From an uncultured Bacteroidota bacterium (GTDB lineage Bacteria > Bacteroidota > Bacteroidia > Bacteroidales > VadinHA17), in assembly GCA_963772715.1 (NCBI GenBank), contig CAVYYM010000033.1, forward strand, positions 220,549 through 284,548: 64,000 nucleotides of DNA, written 5' to 3'. A model generated the notes under the pieces. The model did no database searches, had not been told where the DNA came from, and saw nothing but the letters and a program-made list of their open reading frames with translations. Position 1 is the first letter of the stretch, and each line of letters begins with the position of its first letter. Positions 42,087 to 52,543 of the stretch are shown piece by piece. The position numbers and the translations under genes were made by a program.

Positions 42087-44242
42087 ATGAAGACTACCAG
42101 ACTGACCAGATAAAGAATATCGTCCTCCTTGGCAACTCAGGCTCCGGAAAAACAATTCTGGCAGAAGCGATGCTCTTTAACGGCGGCGTTATAGAGCGAA
42201 GAGGAACCATAGAAGGCAAAAACACAGTCTCTGACTATCGCCCGATCGAACATGAAAACGGAAACTCGATATACTCCGTTGTCATGTACACTGAATACCA
42301 GAACAAGAAAATAAATATTCTCGACACACCTGGCCTGGATGATTTCAGCGGAGGGGTCGTTTCATCGCTCTATGCAGCCGATTCAGCCCTGATGCTTATC
42401 AATGCCCAGAACGGTGTTGAGGTTGGAACCGAGATCCATTTCAGGCATGCAGAGAAAGTTCACAAACCGATGATTATCGCAATCAACAGCCTTGATCATG
42501 AAAAAGCAAATTTCGACAAGGCAATCGAGATGATGAAGGAAAGACTGAGCAATAATGTAATTCTTGTTCAGTATCCCGTGAACGAAGGAATTGGATTCAA
42601 TTCGATTATTGATGTCCTTAAGATGAAAATGCTTCGTTACGGGAAAGAAGGAGGCAAAGCAGAGGTCGTTGAAATTCCTGCCGACCAGAAAGAGAGGGCA
42701 GAAGAACTTCATAATGCACTTGTCGAAAAGGCAGCTGAAAGTGATGAAGCGCTGATGGAAGTGTTCTTTGCCAATAATACACTCAGCGAGAGTGAGATCA
42801 GGAAAGGGATTGCACAAGGTATCCTGGCACGAGGCATGTTCCCGGTATTTTGTATTTCAGCAAAACAAAATACAGGCATCGACTGTATTATGGATTTCAT
42901 CATCAGCGAGGCACCTTCGATTTCCGACATGCCTGTACCGAAGAACAGCAAAGGCAACGAGGTTAAACCAAATCCTGCAGGTCCGGCATCGGTTTATGTC
43001 TTCAAGTCTGCAATCGAGGAACATATCGGAGAGATAAATTATTTCAGGGTATACTCTGGCAAGATCACTGAAAACCTGGATGTGATCAACTCCAATAACA
43101 GTACAAAGGAAAGATTGTCACAGCTTTATGTCTGTGCCGGAAAGAACAGGATAAGGGTTCCTGAACTTAATGTCGGAGATATCGGAGCCTTCGTAAAGCT
43201 GAAAAACACCAAGATGGATCATACTTTAAATGCTCCCGGCAACGACTGGAGATACGAAGGAGTGAAATTTCCCGCACCCAAGTACAGAACAGCCATCAAG
43301 GCTCAGAGCGAGAGCGATGATGAGAAACTTGGCGAAGCTCTCAACAAAATACACCTCGAGGATCCTACCATTATTATAGAGTACTCCAAGGAACTGAAGC
43401 AGATCATCGTCCACGGTCAGGGTGAATATCACCTGAACATAATGAAATGGCATCTCGATAATATTTATAAGATACCGACAAATTATAATTCTCCCAAGAT
43501 ACCATACCGTGAAACAATCACCAAGGCTGCACAGGCTGATTACCGACATAAAAAGCAGTCAGGGGGGGCGGGCCAGTTTGGTGAAGTACACATGATAGTC
43601 GAACCATATGTTGAAGGGATACCTGAGATGACCACGATGAAGATCGGTGGAAAGGATATGAAGATTTCCGTAAGGGGCAAGGATGAAATAGATCTCGACT
43701 GGGGCGGCAAGCTTATCTATTGCAACTGTATCGTTGGCGGATCGATAGATGCACGCTTCATGCCCGCAATTCTCAAAGGTATAATGGAGAAAATGGAGGT
43801 TGGACCTCTCACAGGCTCTTATGCCCGCGATATCAGAGTATATGTTTACGACGGCAAGATGCACCCTGTCGATTCAAATGAAATTTCTTTCAGGCTGGCA
43901 GGCAGGAATGCATTCAGCCAGGCTTTCAAGAACGCTAACCCGAAGATCCTCGAACCGGTTTATGATGTGGAAATAATGGTTCCTTCTGACCGTATGGGGG
44001 ATGTGATAAGCGACCTTCAGGGACGCCGAGGGATGGTACTCGGAATGTCCAGCGAAAAGAGATTTGAAGTTATCAAGGCAAGAGTTCCACTTGCCGAAAT
44101 GAATAAATATTCGACAGCTCTAAGCTCGGTAACCGGCGGACGTGCAATGTACACGATGAAATTCTCAGAGTATTCACAGGTTCCTGGTGATGTTCAGGAG
44201 ACAGTGATTAAAGCTTATACAGAAGAGGAAGAAGAAGAATAA
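42087..44242 (+). CDS. EF-G paralog (EF-G2-type) lacking the catalytic His; start-proximal frame problem
   Basis: ORF 42170..44242 (690 aa) has the EF-G domain order. Its switch II reads DTPGLDDF (Leu codon at 42335-42337) where canonical EF-G has DTPGHVDF, and NSLD replaces NKxD. The open frame extends upstream through the P-loop (KNIVLLGNSGSGKT) with no in-frame ATG. The nearby ATG at 42087 is out of frame by one base (2156 nt total). Confidence 0.85.
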
Positions 44243-44325
44243 AAAAATCTGTAGCGGCGTTGCATGCAAAATGGCGCTGGTGCATGCGCCAAGGCGGTGT
44301 TGCATGCAACGCCGCTACAGATTTT
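44243..44325. repeat. Tandem-unit hairpin, locus G (three about 20-nt units each containing GCATGC); probable bidirectional terminator
   Basis: The outer 24-bp inverted repeat is perfect: AAAATCTGTAGCGGCGTTGCATGC / GCATGCAACGCCGCTACAGATTTT. An inner unit reads GGCGCTGGTGCATGCGCC. T-runs follow on both strands. It lies between convergent genes. Confidence 0.85.
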
Positions 44326-44617
44326 ACACCGTCTTTATCACATCCCACACGAATGCCCTGATGCCTACCTCCTCATTTATGGCATCTATCTTTTTTACTG
44401 CATCAAGCACCGAATCAACAAGATTATCCCCGACGATAGCAAGGACGCTTTTATTTATTTCCGGCCATGCATGGGTACCAAGATGCGGCACACCAGTATT
44501 CGTGCCCCTTCCCTGTACGTTTTCCCACAATGAATAACCTTTTATTCCAAGCTTGTCGAGCATGAATTCGACCTTTTCGGTATTGGCCTGATTATATATT
44601 ATCATTATTGCTTTCAT
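44324..44617 (-). CDS. Small PII-like-fold protein co-oriented with the RND pump (family assignment tentative)
   Basis: 97-aa ORF directly downstream of the RND permease gene. It has an alternating beta-alpha pattern (MKAIMIIYNQANTEKVEFMLDKLGIKGYSLWENVQGRG...). I know this kind of small transporter-associated protein next to RND pumps in Bacteroidota only from recollection. Confidence 0.5.
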   Translation of the reverse strand: MKAIMIIYNQANTEKVEFMLDKLGIKGYSLWENVQGRGTNTGVPHLGTHAWPEINKSVLAIVGDNLVDSVLDAVKKIDAINEEVGIRAFVWDVIKTV

Positions 44618-44642
44618 AGTCCTTCATTTATTTCTTCTTTCA

Positions 44643-47600
44643 TTATGAAACCCCGTTTTTTTCATTCAGGAAATCCATTTCCTTATAATCGGCCAGATGC
44701 TTGTTACGCTCTCCGCGCTTTGCAAACATCGCATAGACGACAGGCACCAATACCAATGTCACCAGAGTCGAGAAGATCAATCCTCCGATAACTGCAATCC
44801 CCATTGGGCTCCACAGTTCCGACCCTGAGCCCTTGCTCATGGCCAGAGGAAGCATACCAAGGATAGTAGTGGCGGAAGTCATTATAACCGGTCTTAATCT
44901 CGACCTGCCTGACATGGCGATTGCCTCATAAAGCTCATTCCCTCTTTCCCTCATAAGGTTGATGAAATCGACAAGCACAATTGCGTTCTTTACTACAATA
45001 CCGATAAGCATCACTGCCCCGATCCCTGAAATGACACTGAGGGTTGTATGTGTCAGGAAGAGGGCTATAGCTACTCCCGAGAATGCAAATGGGATTGAGA
45101 ACATTATGATAAATGGCATTTTGAGCGACTCGAACTGGGAAGCCATCACAAGGTAAACAAGTATAAGGCTTATGAACATCAGGAAGGCAATATCCATGAA
45201 CGATTCCATCTGTTCCTCTATTGCTCCGGAGATCTGAACCATGGTACCTGCAGGTATTGCTGTTTCATTTATTGCTTTCTGTATTTCGTCCTGGAGTTCA
45301 GTAAGAGACCTCTTGTAAGGTGTGAAAGAGACTGTAACTATCCTTTCCCTTCGTTTTCTTTCAATGGTCGGAGGTGACCAGTATTCTTTTATCTCTGCTA
45401 TTTCGCCAAGTCTTATAATCTGTCCCATCTGGTTTGTTATGCCGATATTCTCTATGTCGGTAAGATTGCTTCTGGCTGATTCCTTGAATCTGACTATCAC
45501 ATCAAATTCGTCGCCCGACTGGCGCAGACGGGTGGCAGTCAACCCTGCTACCCTGTTCTTTATCGCTGATGATACCATCAAGGTATTCAAACCACTGGTT
45601 ATCATTTTGTTCTGGTCGAGAATGATCTGAAGCTCAGGCTTCGATTTGTCGCGGCTGATAGTCACATCCTTAGCCCCCTGGATTTTCTTAATCTTTGCTG
45701 ACAGTTCATCTGCCACAATATTTGTTTCGGCAATGTTATATCCATAGACTTCGACATCGACGGTACTTCCGCCGAAGCTGCCCATGCTTTCAGAAGTGCT
45801 TACGGTATAATCAACAATTTCCGGTATCTTTGTAAGATCCGTTCTTATCTCCTCTGCGAGGGTATTTACATCTTTGGTACGTTCCTCAATCGGCACAAGC
45901 CGCATGGAATAGGTTATCACATGAGTACCGTTCGTTCCGAACATAGCTGCAAAATTTGACTCATCGTCGACACCGGTTGATGATTCAGCAATGTCAACTT
46001 CCGGATACTTTTGCTTTATCAGCTCGTCGATCTTATCAGTTGTCTTGGTAGTCTCATCCACCCTGGTACCTGTCTGAAGCTCAATGGTAGCTGTAATTCT
46101 TGACTGGTCAGCCTGCGGGAAAAATTCGGTATCGATGACGGTGAAAAGCGCCATTGATCCTGCAAAGATAACAATGGCTAATAAGGTAACTATTCTTTTA
46201 TGGTGCAGAGCCCAGCGAAGGGTTTTCTCGTAAAATCTGTCAAACCAGTCAAGCCCTTTCCTTATGCTTCCGTCGTAAGAATACCATGGTGCGTCTTTCT
46301 TTATCGGGTACCATTTGAGCATAAGGGCGCTCATAGTCGGAGTCAGAGTTATGGCTGCGAATACCGAAGTAATAATGGTTATCGATACCAGCATTCCAAG
46401 CTGCTTGAAGAGCACGCCTGTGAGTCCTGACACGAATGTGAGCGGGAAGAATACGGCAACTACTGTTAATGTTGTAACAATAACTGCCAGCCATACTTCA
46501 TTGGTAGCATAAATTGCCGCTTCCCTGGGCCGGCTTCCCCTTTCAACATGCTTTGTAATATTCTCGAGAACCACGATCGCATCATCCACTACCATCCCGA
46601 TCGCTATGGACAGGGAAGTAAGCGAGATGATGTTGATCGACTCTCCTGTAATAAACAGATATATAAACGCAACTACCAGGGAAATAGGAATGGTAACTAT
46701 TATTATCACGGTTGCCCTCCAGCGCCCAAGGAAGAACAGGACAACCAGTATAACGAATATCGCAGCATACATAAGCGTCTCCGTAAGGTTGCTTATCGAA
46801 TCCTTGATGAATGTCGCACTGTCGAACAGCTTCTGGATCTTGACATCGGCAGGAAGGTCCTTCTCAAGTTCCTTGAGAGTTTTTTCGATTTCCTTAGTCA
46901 CCTTCACGGTGTTTCCGCCCGACTGTTTCATAATATACATGGTCATACCAGGTATGCCATTGATCCTCGTATCGAGTTTTGTTTCACGGATCGTGTCGCG
47001 AACCTCTGCCACATCCCTGAGATAAACATTATTGCCATTAAAGCTGCTTACTACAATGTTTTTCATGACATCACTCTCGGGGAACTCGCCCTGTATTCTC
47101 AAAGGATAATCGGTCTGTCCCATTTCGACAAATCCAGCCGGCATATTAAGGTTTTCAGCACGCAGAACATTTCCGATCTGTTCAATGGTAAGGTTATAAG
47201 CCTCCATTTTTCTGGGATCGACATCAATATAAACCTTACGGCCGGGAACACCGGCAAGATTTACGGATCCCACACCCTCTATCCTGTTGAGCGGATTAAC
47301 GATTTTTTCATCAAGTATCTTTTCAAGACCCCTGTAACTCTCATTTGCGGTAATCGCAAAGAAGATGATAGGCATCATGCTTGTATTGAACTTCATGATT
47401 GTCGGTTTTTCACTGTCTTCAGGCAGGTAATTCTCGATAAAGCTCAGGTTGCTCCGGATATCGTTTGAGGCTTCATCGAGATTTGTGCCATACTCGAAAT
47501 TCATGAAGATAACTGACGAGCCGTCGCTCGACGTAGAAGTCATTTCCTTGAGGTTGCTCACAGAGTTAAGCGTATTCTCAATCGGTCTTGTAATGTTTGT

Positions 47601-47781
47601 CTCAATATCAGAGGCACTTGCACCGGGGTATGTCGTAACCACTCCAATAAACGGAAGCTCCATCTCCGGATAAAGGTCAATGGGCAGCTGCGTGAGAGAA
47701 TAAATACCCATAACGATCAGAGCCACAAAGATGAGGATTGTCGTTACCGGTCTTTTTAACGGAAGAACTATATATGCTCAT
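44643..47781 (-). CDS. RND (HAE1/AcrB-family) efflux permease; start-proximal frame problem
   Basis: ORF 44643..47726 (1027 aa) has the 12-TM AcrB architecture. It lacks the conserved N-terminal K(R)PV segment, which is present upstream in the same frame (VLPLKRPVTTILIFVALIVMG) without a start codon. The ATG at 47781 (MSIY..) is one base out of frame (3139 nt total). Confidence 0.85.
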
Positions 47782-47805
47782 TGTAAATATTTTATTAAGT
47801 CTGAC

Positions 47806-48864
47806 TTAGTTGGAAATTTCGATCTTGTCGGCATTGAGGAGCCTTGACTGACCTTCCGAAACAAGCCTGTCTCCCTCTTTCAGGTTATCTGATATGATCT
47901 CAACACGGTCATCAAATCTTTTCCCGATCACTACCTCTATGCGTTTTGCAATTCCCTGCTCCTCGACGAAAACGTAACGTATATTGGTTCCTTCCTGCAG
48001 AAGCACTGTGCTTGCCGGAATAACGAATGTTTCAACTTCCCCCAGGTCCATGGAGACTCTGACGAACATTCCGGGTTTCAGAAGCTCTTTGCTGTTCGGT
48101 ACTTCAATTTCAGCAACAAATGAACGTGTTGCAGGATTGATGGTTGGCGCAATGCGGAAGATTGTCCCGGTGAATTTCTCATTTGAATAGACATCAGCAG
48201 TGATTTCTGCTTTCATTCCTTTTTTAATCAGGGGATAATATTGTTCCGAAATACCGACATTCACTTTCAATGGATTTATCTGCATAACTGTTACGACTGC
48301 AGCTCTGCCGCTGGTCGTTGTCGGTGAACCCGAATAGAGTTCTCCGTCTTCAAAATATTTTCCGGTAACAATTCCATTGAACGGAGCCTTCAATAAAGTA
48401 TTCGCTTCCATGAATTCGACATTTGTTCTGGTAACCTCATATTGTGTCTTCATCTGGTCATATTGCTGCTGCCTGGTGCTCCCCTGCCTGAGAAGGGTGT
48501 CAAGCCTGGAGAGATCTTTTTCGAGGCTGGCAAGCTGTACTTTCTGAGCATAGAGCTGGGTACGGTCCATCAGGAAAAGTTGTTCCCCTTTGCTGACCCT
48601 GTCGCCTACTTCAACATAAATTTTATCTATCCTTCCGGGTGTCGACGGGGCCATGTTGACCTCCTCGAAAGGAAGGATGGTGGCGGTATAGTCAATGGAC
48701 CTTGCGATTTTGGTCCTGGCAATAGGAGTAACCTTGACAGGAATGGCTGCTTTTTCGGTTGCGGCTGCAGCATCCTGTGAAGCTCCAGGTTTGTTTTTCG
48801 ATGAACATGACGTAACGATCAATCCGATGATCAGTATTGCAGGAATTGTTTTTGCGTATTTCAT
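47806..48864 (-). CDS. RND efflux periplasmic adaptor (membrane fusion protein)
   Basis: 352-aa ORF with a lipoprotein-like leader (IVTSCSS) and an HlyD/AcrA-type barrel-sandwich and coiled-coil pattern. Confidence 0.88.
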   Translation of the reverse strand: MKYAKTIPAILIIGLIVTSCSSKNKPGASQDAAAATEKAAIPVKVTPIARTKIARSIDYTATILPFEEVNMAPSTPGRIDKIYVEVGDRVSKGEQLFLMDRTQLYAQKVQLASLEKDLSRLDTLLRQGSTRQQQYDQMKTQYEVTRTNVEFMEANTLLKAPFNGIVTGKYFEDGELYSGSPTTTSGRAAVVTVMQINPLKVNVGISEQYYPLIKKGMKAEITADVYSNEKFTGTIFRIAPTINPATRSFVAEIEVPNSKELLKPGMFVRVSMDLGEVETFVIPASTVLLQEGTNIRYVFVEEQGIAKRIEVVIGKRFDDRVEIISDNLKEGDRLVSEGQSRLLNADKIEISN

Positions 48865-48894
48865 TATCTTGGATGTTAAATATTTTTGACTTAA

Positions 48895-50253
48895 TTACAT
48901 ATTATTTAATAGTTTATCGAGTGAGAGCTTTGTCTGCAGCAGGTTCATCAATGCAGAAATGTAATTATTCTCTGCCTGGAGATAAAGCGAGTTGGCCTGT
49001 GTCAGGTCGAGACTGGAGGCCATCCCCTGCTTAAACTTGTTTTCGGTGCTTGTGTAGACTCTTTTTGCCACATCAATATTTTGCTTCTGACTGTTATACT
49101 GAAGATTTGCATTTATGAGGTTGTACTTTAGCTGTTTTTCCTGAAGCATAAGCTGGTCAGATACAAGTTCACTGTTATTCTGTGCTTTCATCAGGGTCAC
49201 TTTGGCTTTCTTTATCGATGTATATCTTTCGCCACTGGCCAGGATCGGTATTGATATCTGGGCGCCGAGCATCGATGTGGGAAAATACTGCTGATGGAAT
49301 AATTCGTTGCCCATGCCATCCTTTGAATAGGTATAATAACCTGCCAGAGAGGGCAAAACTGACGCCTTTTTTGATTTCAGGTTTAGTGAACTGAGTCTGA
49401 CCTGGCTCTCGACAAGCCTGAAATCTATGTTGTTCCTCTTATCAAATTCCTGTGCAAACAGAGCCTCTACATTAATTGTCTCCGTAATTACATTTAATGT
49501 TTCCGACAATGAAATGCCTGTTTCCGGTTTTACACCGAGAAGCAGCCTGAGCAGGTTATAATTCAGCTCAATTGCACGTTCCATCGTACTTTTTGTATTG
49601 TTCATCATCGTCACATTCGACACCATCTGGTCCACATCGGTTGCCTCAGCCATCCCTACGGAATACATAGCCTTCGTCGACTTCATAAGTTCATTGAGGA
49701 TAGTCAGGTTTTCATTTATTATCCGCAGCGATTCGTCAGAGATAAGTATCAGGTGGTAAGCACTTGCCACGGATTCCTTGATATCGATCTCCGTTTTCCG
49801 AAGGTTCATTTCCGACATCTTATTGACCAGTTTGGCTGACTGGATACCTACATAAAGAGGTCCGCTGAAAAGAATCAGATTGGCCTGGAATCCGATACTG
49901 GTATTGAACTGCTGACCAAATTGTATTGGATAATACCTGCCGGTTGTGTCGCCAAAGAAAGCTCCGGGCATAAGCACGGTTCTGAGCTGAAGATTATCCA
50001 CAAGACTTCCCGTTGCAGCAACCTGTGGCAGTGCAGCAGATGTAATCTCCCAAATCGCAAGCTTCGAGGATTCAATATCATATTTGGCCGATTTTATGCT
50101 TTTATTGTATGCCAGAGCATAATCCTGAGCCTCCTTCAGCGATAGCTTAAGATTTCCGCTGCTTTCCTGGGCACTGATACCTGCCACAGGCAGGACTAAA
50201 ACAGCAATTGCTGTCAATAACCTGTTTTTCATGGTATTTGTCTTATTATTCAT
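48895..50253 (-). CDS. TolC-family outer-membrane efflux protein
   Basis: 452-aa ORF with a signal peptide and two TolC repeats with typical heptad helices. Confidence 0.88.
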   Translation of the reverse strand: MNNKTNTMKNRLLTAIAVLVLPVAGISAQESSGNLKLSLKEAQDYALAYNKSIKSAKYDIESSKLAIWEITSAALPQVAATGSLVDNLQLRTVLMPGAFFGDTTGRYYPIQFGQQFNTSIGFQANLILFSGPLYVGIQSAKLVNKMSEMNLRKTEIDIKESVASAYHLILISDESLRIINENLTILNELMKSTKAMYSVGMAEATDVDQMVSNVTMMNNTKSTMERAIELNYNLLRLLLGVKPETGISLSETLNVITETINVEALFAQEFDKRNNIDFRLVESQVRLSSLNLKSKKASVLPSLAGYYTYSKDGMGNELFHQQYFPTSMLGAQISIPILASGERYTSIKKAKVTLMKAQNNSELVSDQLMLQEKQLKYNLINANLQYNSQKQNIDVAKRVYTSTENKFKQGMASSLDLTQANSLYLQAENNYISALMNLLQTKLSLDKLLNNM

Positions 50254-50280
50254 GCTGTCAATATTGTATTCCTGATTTGT

Positions 50281-50886
50281 TTACTTCTTCTTTTCGTAAT
50301 GATCAATAAGGTCAAGACCTTTTTGAGTGCATAATCCCCTCAGGTAATTCAAATAAACATTCCTTACGACTTCCTTGCTCCCGAAAGCATCCGGAGGGAA
50401 TATCTCCTTGTCGTTTGACATCTTTAACACTTCAAGCATGCACTTGTTTATGATCTTCACATCAAGGTCTTTTCTGAAAACTCCCTCTTCTATCCCTTTA
50501 TTGATCATTATTTCATTATTCTTTATATAAGGAAGCTGGTCGAGATTTTCGAGCTTTTCCGCAATATCCTGGTGAAACCTTCTGATATCCATCTGAAAGG
50601 CAGGACTCATATTCTTGAAATGTTCCATCATCATGTTCATCATTTTGAATATTGCTTCAATAACATTTTCAGACTCCCTCATGGTTTTCTCCATTACCTC
50701 GCGCTGCCTGACTGTCATCCACTTCAGAACTCCTTCCAGAAGCTCATCCTTGTCCTTGAATACTTCATATATGGTTCTTTTCGATATCCCCATCTGGGCT
50801 GCAAGCAAATCCATAGTGACGGACTTTATTCCGTATGTTCTGAACAAGTATGAAGCTTCTTCAATAATTCTCTGCCTGTATTCCAT
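50281..50886 (-). CDS. TetR/AcrR-family transcriptional regulator
   Basis: 201-aa ORF with an N-terminal HTH (FRTYGIKSVTMDLLAAQMGISKRTIYEVFKDKDELL). It is the first gene of the efflux operon. Confidence 0.9.
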   Translation of the reverse strand: MEYRQRIIEEASYLFRTYGIKSVTMDLLAAQMGISKRTIYEVFKDKDELLEGVLKWMTVRQREVMEKTMRESENVIEAIFKMMNMMMEHFKNMSPAFQMDIRRFHQDIAEKLENLDQLPYIKNNEIMINKGIEEGVFRKDLDVKIINKCMLEVLKMSNDKEIFPPDAFGSKEVVRNVYLNYLRGLCTQKGLDLIDHYEKKK

Positions 50887-50994
50887 GATAAATATTAAAA
50901 CGCTGCAAAAATGAGAAAACTTTTTTAGTTTACAAAGTTTTCATAGATAAATTGCTATTGCAATTCTGTAAAAAAGCGAAATTTACCGGTGAGT

Positions 50995-51090
50995 AACGGC
51001 ACAAAGGCACAGAGGCGCAGGGGCTCAAAGGCTAAATCGCTGCTGTGCCGTTGAGCCGTTGAGCCGTTGAGCCATTGAACCTTTATACCT
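50995..51090. repeat. Tandem-unit hairpin, locus D (8-nt units nCAnnGGC versus TGAGCCGT)
   Basis: The left arm is AACGGCAC AAAGGCAC AGAGGCGC AGGGGCTC AAAGGC. The right arm is TGTGCCGT TGAGCCGT TGAGCCGT TGAGCCAT TGAACCTT TATACCTT. The conserved GGC/GCC and CA/TG cores pair. It lies between the divergent tetR and phzF-like starts. Confidence 0.8.
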
Positions 51091-51098
51091 TTATATAT

Positions 51099-51899
51099 AT
51101 GTCAACACCAAAAGCAATTTACCAGGTCGATGCATTCACTACCGAACCTTTCAAAGGCAATCCTGCGGGTGTATGTATTTTAGAGAGTGACATGCCGGAA
51201 GTGTGGATGCAGAATGTGGCAATGGAAATGAATCTCTCGGAAACGGCATTCGTCGTACCTGAAAAGAACAATTTCAGGATCAGATTCTTTAGTCCTGAAG
51301 CAGAGATACCACTTTGCGGACATGCCACCCTTTCATCCTCGCATATTCTATATGAAACAGGTATTGTTCGCCGGGAAGAGGAAATAACATTTCTCTCAAA
51401 AGCGGGTGAACTTGTCATCAGGTCGGAAGGTACCTGGGTAACAATGAACTTCCCTGCCTATGGATTGAATCAGGTCGAAATTCCTGACACACTTAAGAAG
51501 ATCATCGGGGTCAGGCCGGATGAACTCCATAAGACAGCACACGGATGGACATTCGTGCTTTTAAGGAACGAGAGCGAAGTGAGAGGATTGAAACCAGATT
51601 TTAAGATGATGAAGGATTCCGGCTTCGGTGATATGATAGTGACAGCACCATCGGATGATAGTAACTATGATTTTTGTGTCCGCTGTTTTGCCCCGGCACT
51701 CGGCATTGATGAAGATCCTGTTACAGGTTCTGCCCACTGTGCCCTGGTCCCCTTTTGGCATGGCAAAACCGGACGTTCCGTATTTATATCCCACCAGGTT
51801 TCAAAAAGAGGCGGAGTACTCAAGGTGGCTCTGAAGGGTGACCGTGTTGAAATTTCCGGCCAGGCAAAAACAATTATCAAGGGTCAATTGTTTGTTTGA
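51099..51899 (+). CDS. PhzF-family isomerase-like protein
   Basis: The ORF spans 51075..51899. The likely start is MSTPKAIYQVDAFT at 51099. It has PhzF motifs (FKGNPAGV, NLSETAFV, LCGHATL, DPVTGSAHC). Confidence 0.88.
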   Translation: MSTPKAIYQVDAFTTEPFKGNPAGVCILESDMPEVWMQNVAMEMNLSETAFVVPEKNNFRIRFFSPEAEIPLCGHATLSSSHILYETGIVRREEEITFLSKAGELVIRSEGTWVTMNFPAYGLNQVEIPDTLKKIIGVRPDELHKTAHGWTFVLLRNESEVRGLKPDFKMMKDSGFGDMIVTAPSDDSNYDFCVRCFAPALGIDEDPVTGSAHCALVPFWHGKTGRSVFISHQVSKRGGVLKVALKGDRVEISGQAKTIIKGQLFV

Positions 51900-51900
51900 A

Positions 51901-51998
51901 AAAGGCTCAATGCCTCAGCGGTGCAATGGCGCAAAGGTTTTTGGAAAAATTTATTATCTTGCCATTGTGCCTTTATGCCCTTGCGCCGTTGTGCCATT
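51901..51998. repeat. Tandem-unit hairpin, locus E (8-nt units, same class as locus D)
   Basis: The left arm is AAAGGCTC AATGCCTC AGCGGTGC AATGGCGC AAAGG. An AT-rich loop follows. The right arm is TGCCATTG TGCCTTTA TGCCCTTG CGCCGTTG TGCCATTA. It starts 2 nt after the phzF-like stop. Confidence 0.75.
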
Positions 51999-52031
51999 AA
52001 AATATTGATTACTAACCAAACAACAATACAA

Positions 52032-52448
52032 ATGAACATTCATCTCTCATTTCATGAACTGAACTGGCTTGCAATTATAGTTGCAGCATTAAGTGCTTTT
52101 GGCCTTGGAGGACTATGGTACTCACCAGTCCTTTTTGTGAAGATATGGATGAAGGAAACCGGAATTACTGAAGAGTCGGCAAAGGATGCCAACATGGTCA
52201 AAATCTTCAGCCTTTCATTTCTGCTTGCGATGCTGGCAGCCATCCTTCTTGGATTGTTTCTCGGGGAAGATTCAGGCGGCGGAGTCGGAGCGTTGTCAGG
52301 GTTCCTGATCGGACTGGGAACCATTTTCACTTTCCTTGGCATCACATACCTTTTCGAAAGAAGAACGCTTGCACACTTCCTTGTCAATGCATCCTATGGT
52401 GTTGCAGCCCTTACGCTGATGGGATTCATTATAGGGGTGTGGCAGTAG
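52032..52448 (+). CDS. DUF1761-like small membrane protein
   Basis: The ORF spans 51921..52448. The likely start is MNIHLSFHELNWLAIIVAALSAFGLGGLWYSP at 52032. It has four predicted TM segments. Confidence 0.65.
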   Translation: MNIHLSFHELNWLAIIVAALSAFGLGGLWYSPVLFVKIWMKETGITEESAKDANMVKIFSLSFLLAMLAAILLGLFLGEDSGGGVGALSGFLIGLGTIFTFLGITYLFERRTLAHFLVNASYGVAALTLMGFIIGVWQ

Positions 52449-52454
52449 CGCGAA

Positions 52455-52543
52455 GCGCTATCATGCGATCATGCTATCGTGCAATCGTGCTATCCTTGAC
52501 ATTTTTTGATTGCATATGCGATTGCAAGATTGCATGATCATCA
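52455..52543. repeat. Tandem-unit hairpin, locus F (8-nt units ATCnTGCn versus GATTGCAn)
   Basis: The left arm is GCGCTATC ATGCGATC ATGCTATC GTGCAATC GTGCTATC. The right arm is GATTGCAT ATGCGATT GCAAGATT GCATGATC. It lies between convergent genes and abuts both stops. Confidence 0.8.

Noticed and set aside
41844-42155. 103-aa minus-strand ORF in the rpsL / EF-G-paralog spacer
   Set aside because: It has odd Cys/Leu/Phe-rich composition and overlaps the true N-terminal P-loop-coding region of the plus-strand EF-G paralog. It is likely spurious.
46548-47468. 306-aa plus-strand ORF
   Set aside because: It lies entirely antisense to the well-supported RND permease gene. Its His/Arg/Tyr-rich composition has no recognisable domain, so it is a typical shadow ORF.
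50951-50964. Small inverted repeat ATTGC-TATT-GCAAT upstream of tetR as a TetR operator
   Set aside because: The arms are only 5 bp, so a chance occurrence in an AT-rich spacer is likely. It cannot be supported without comparative or binding data.
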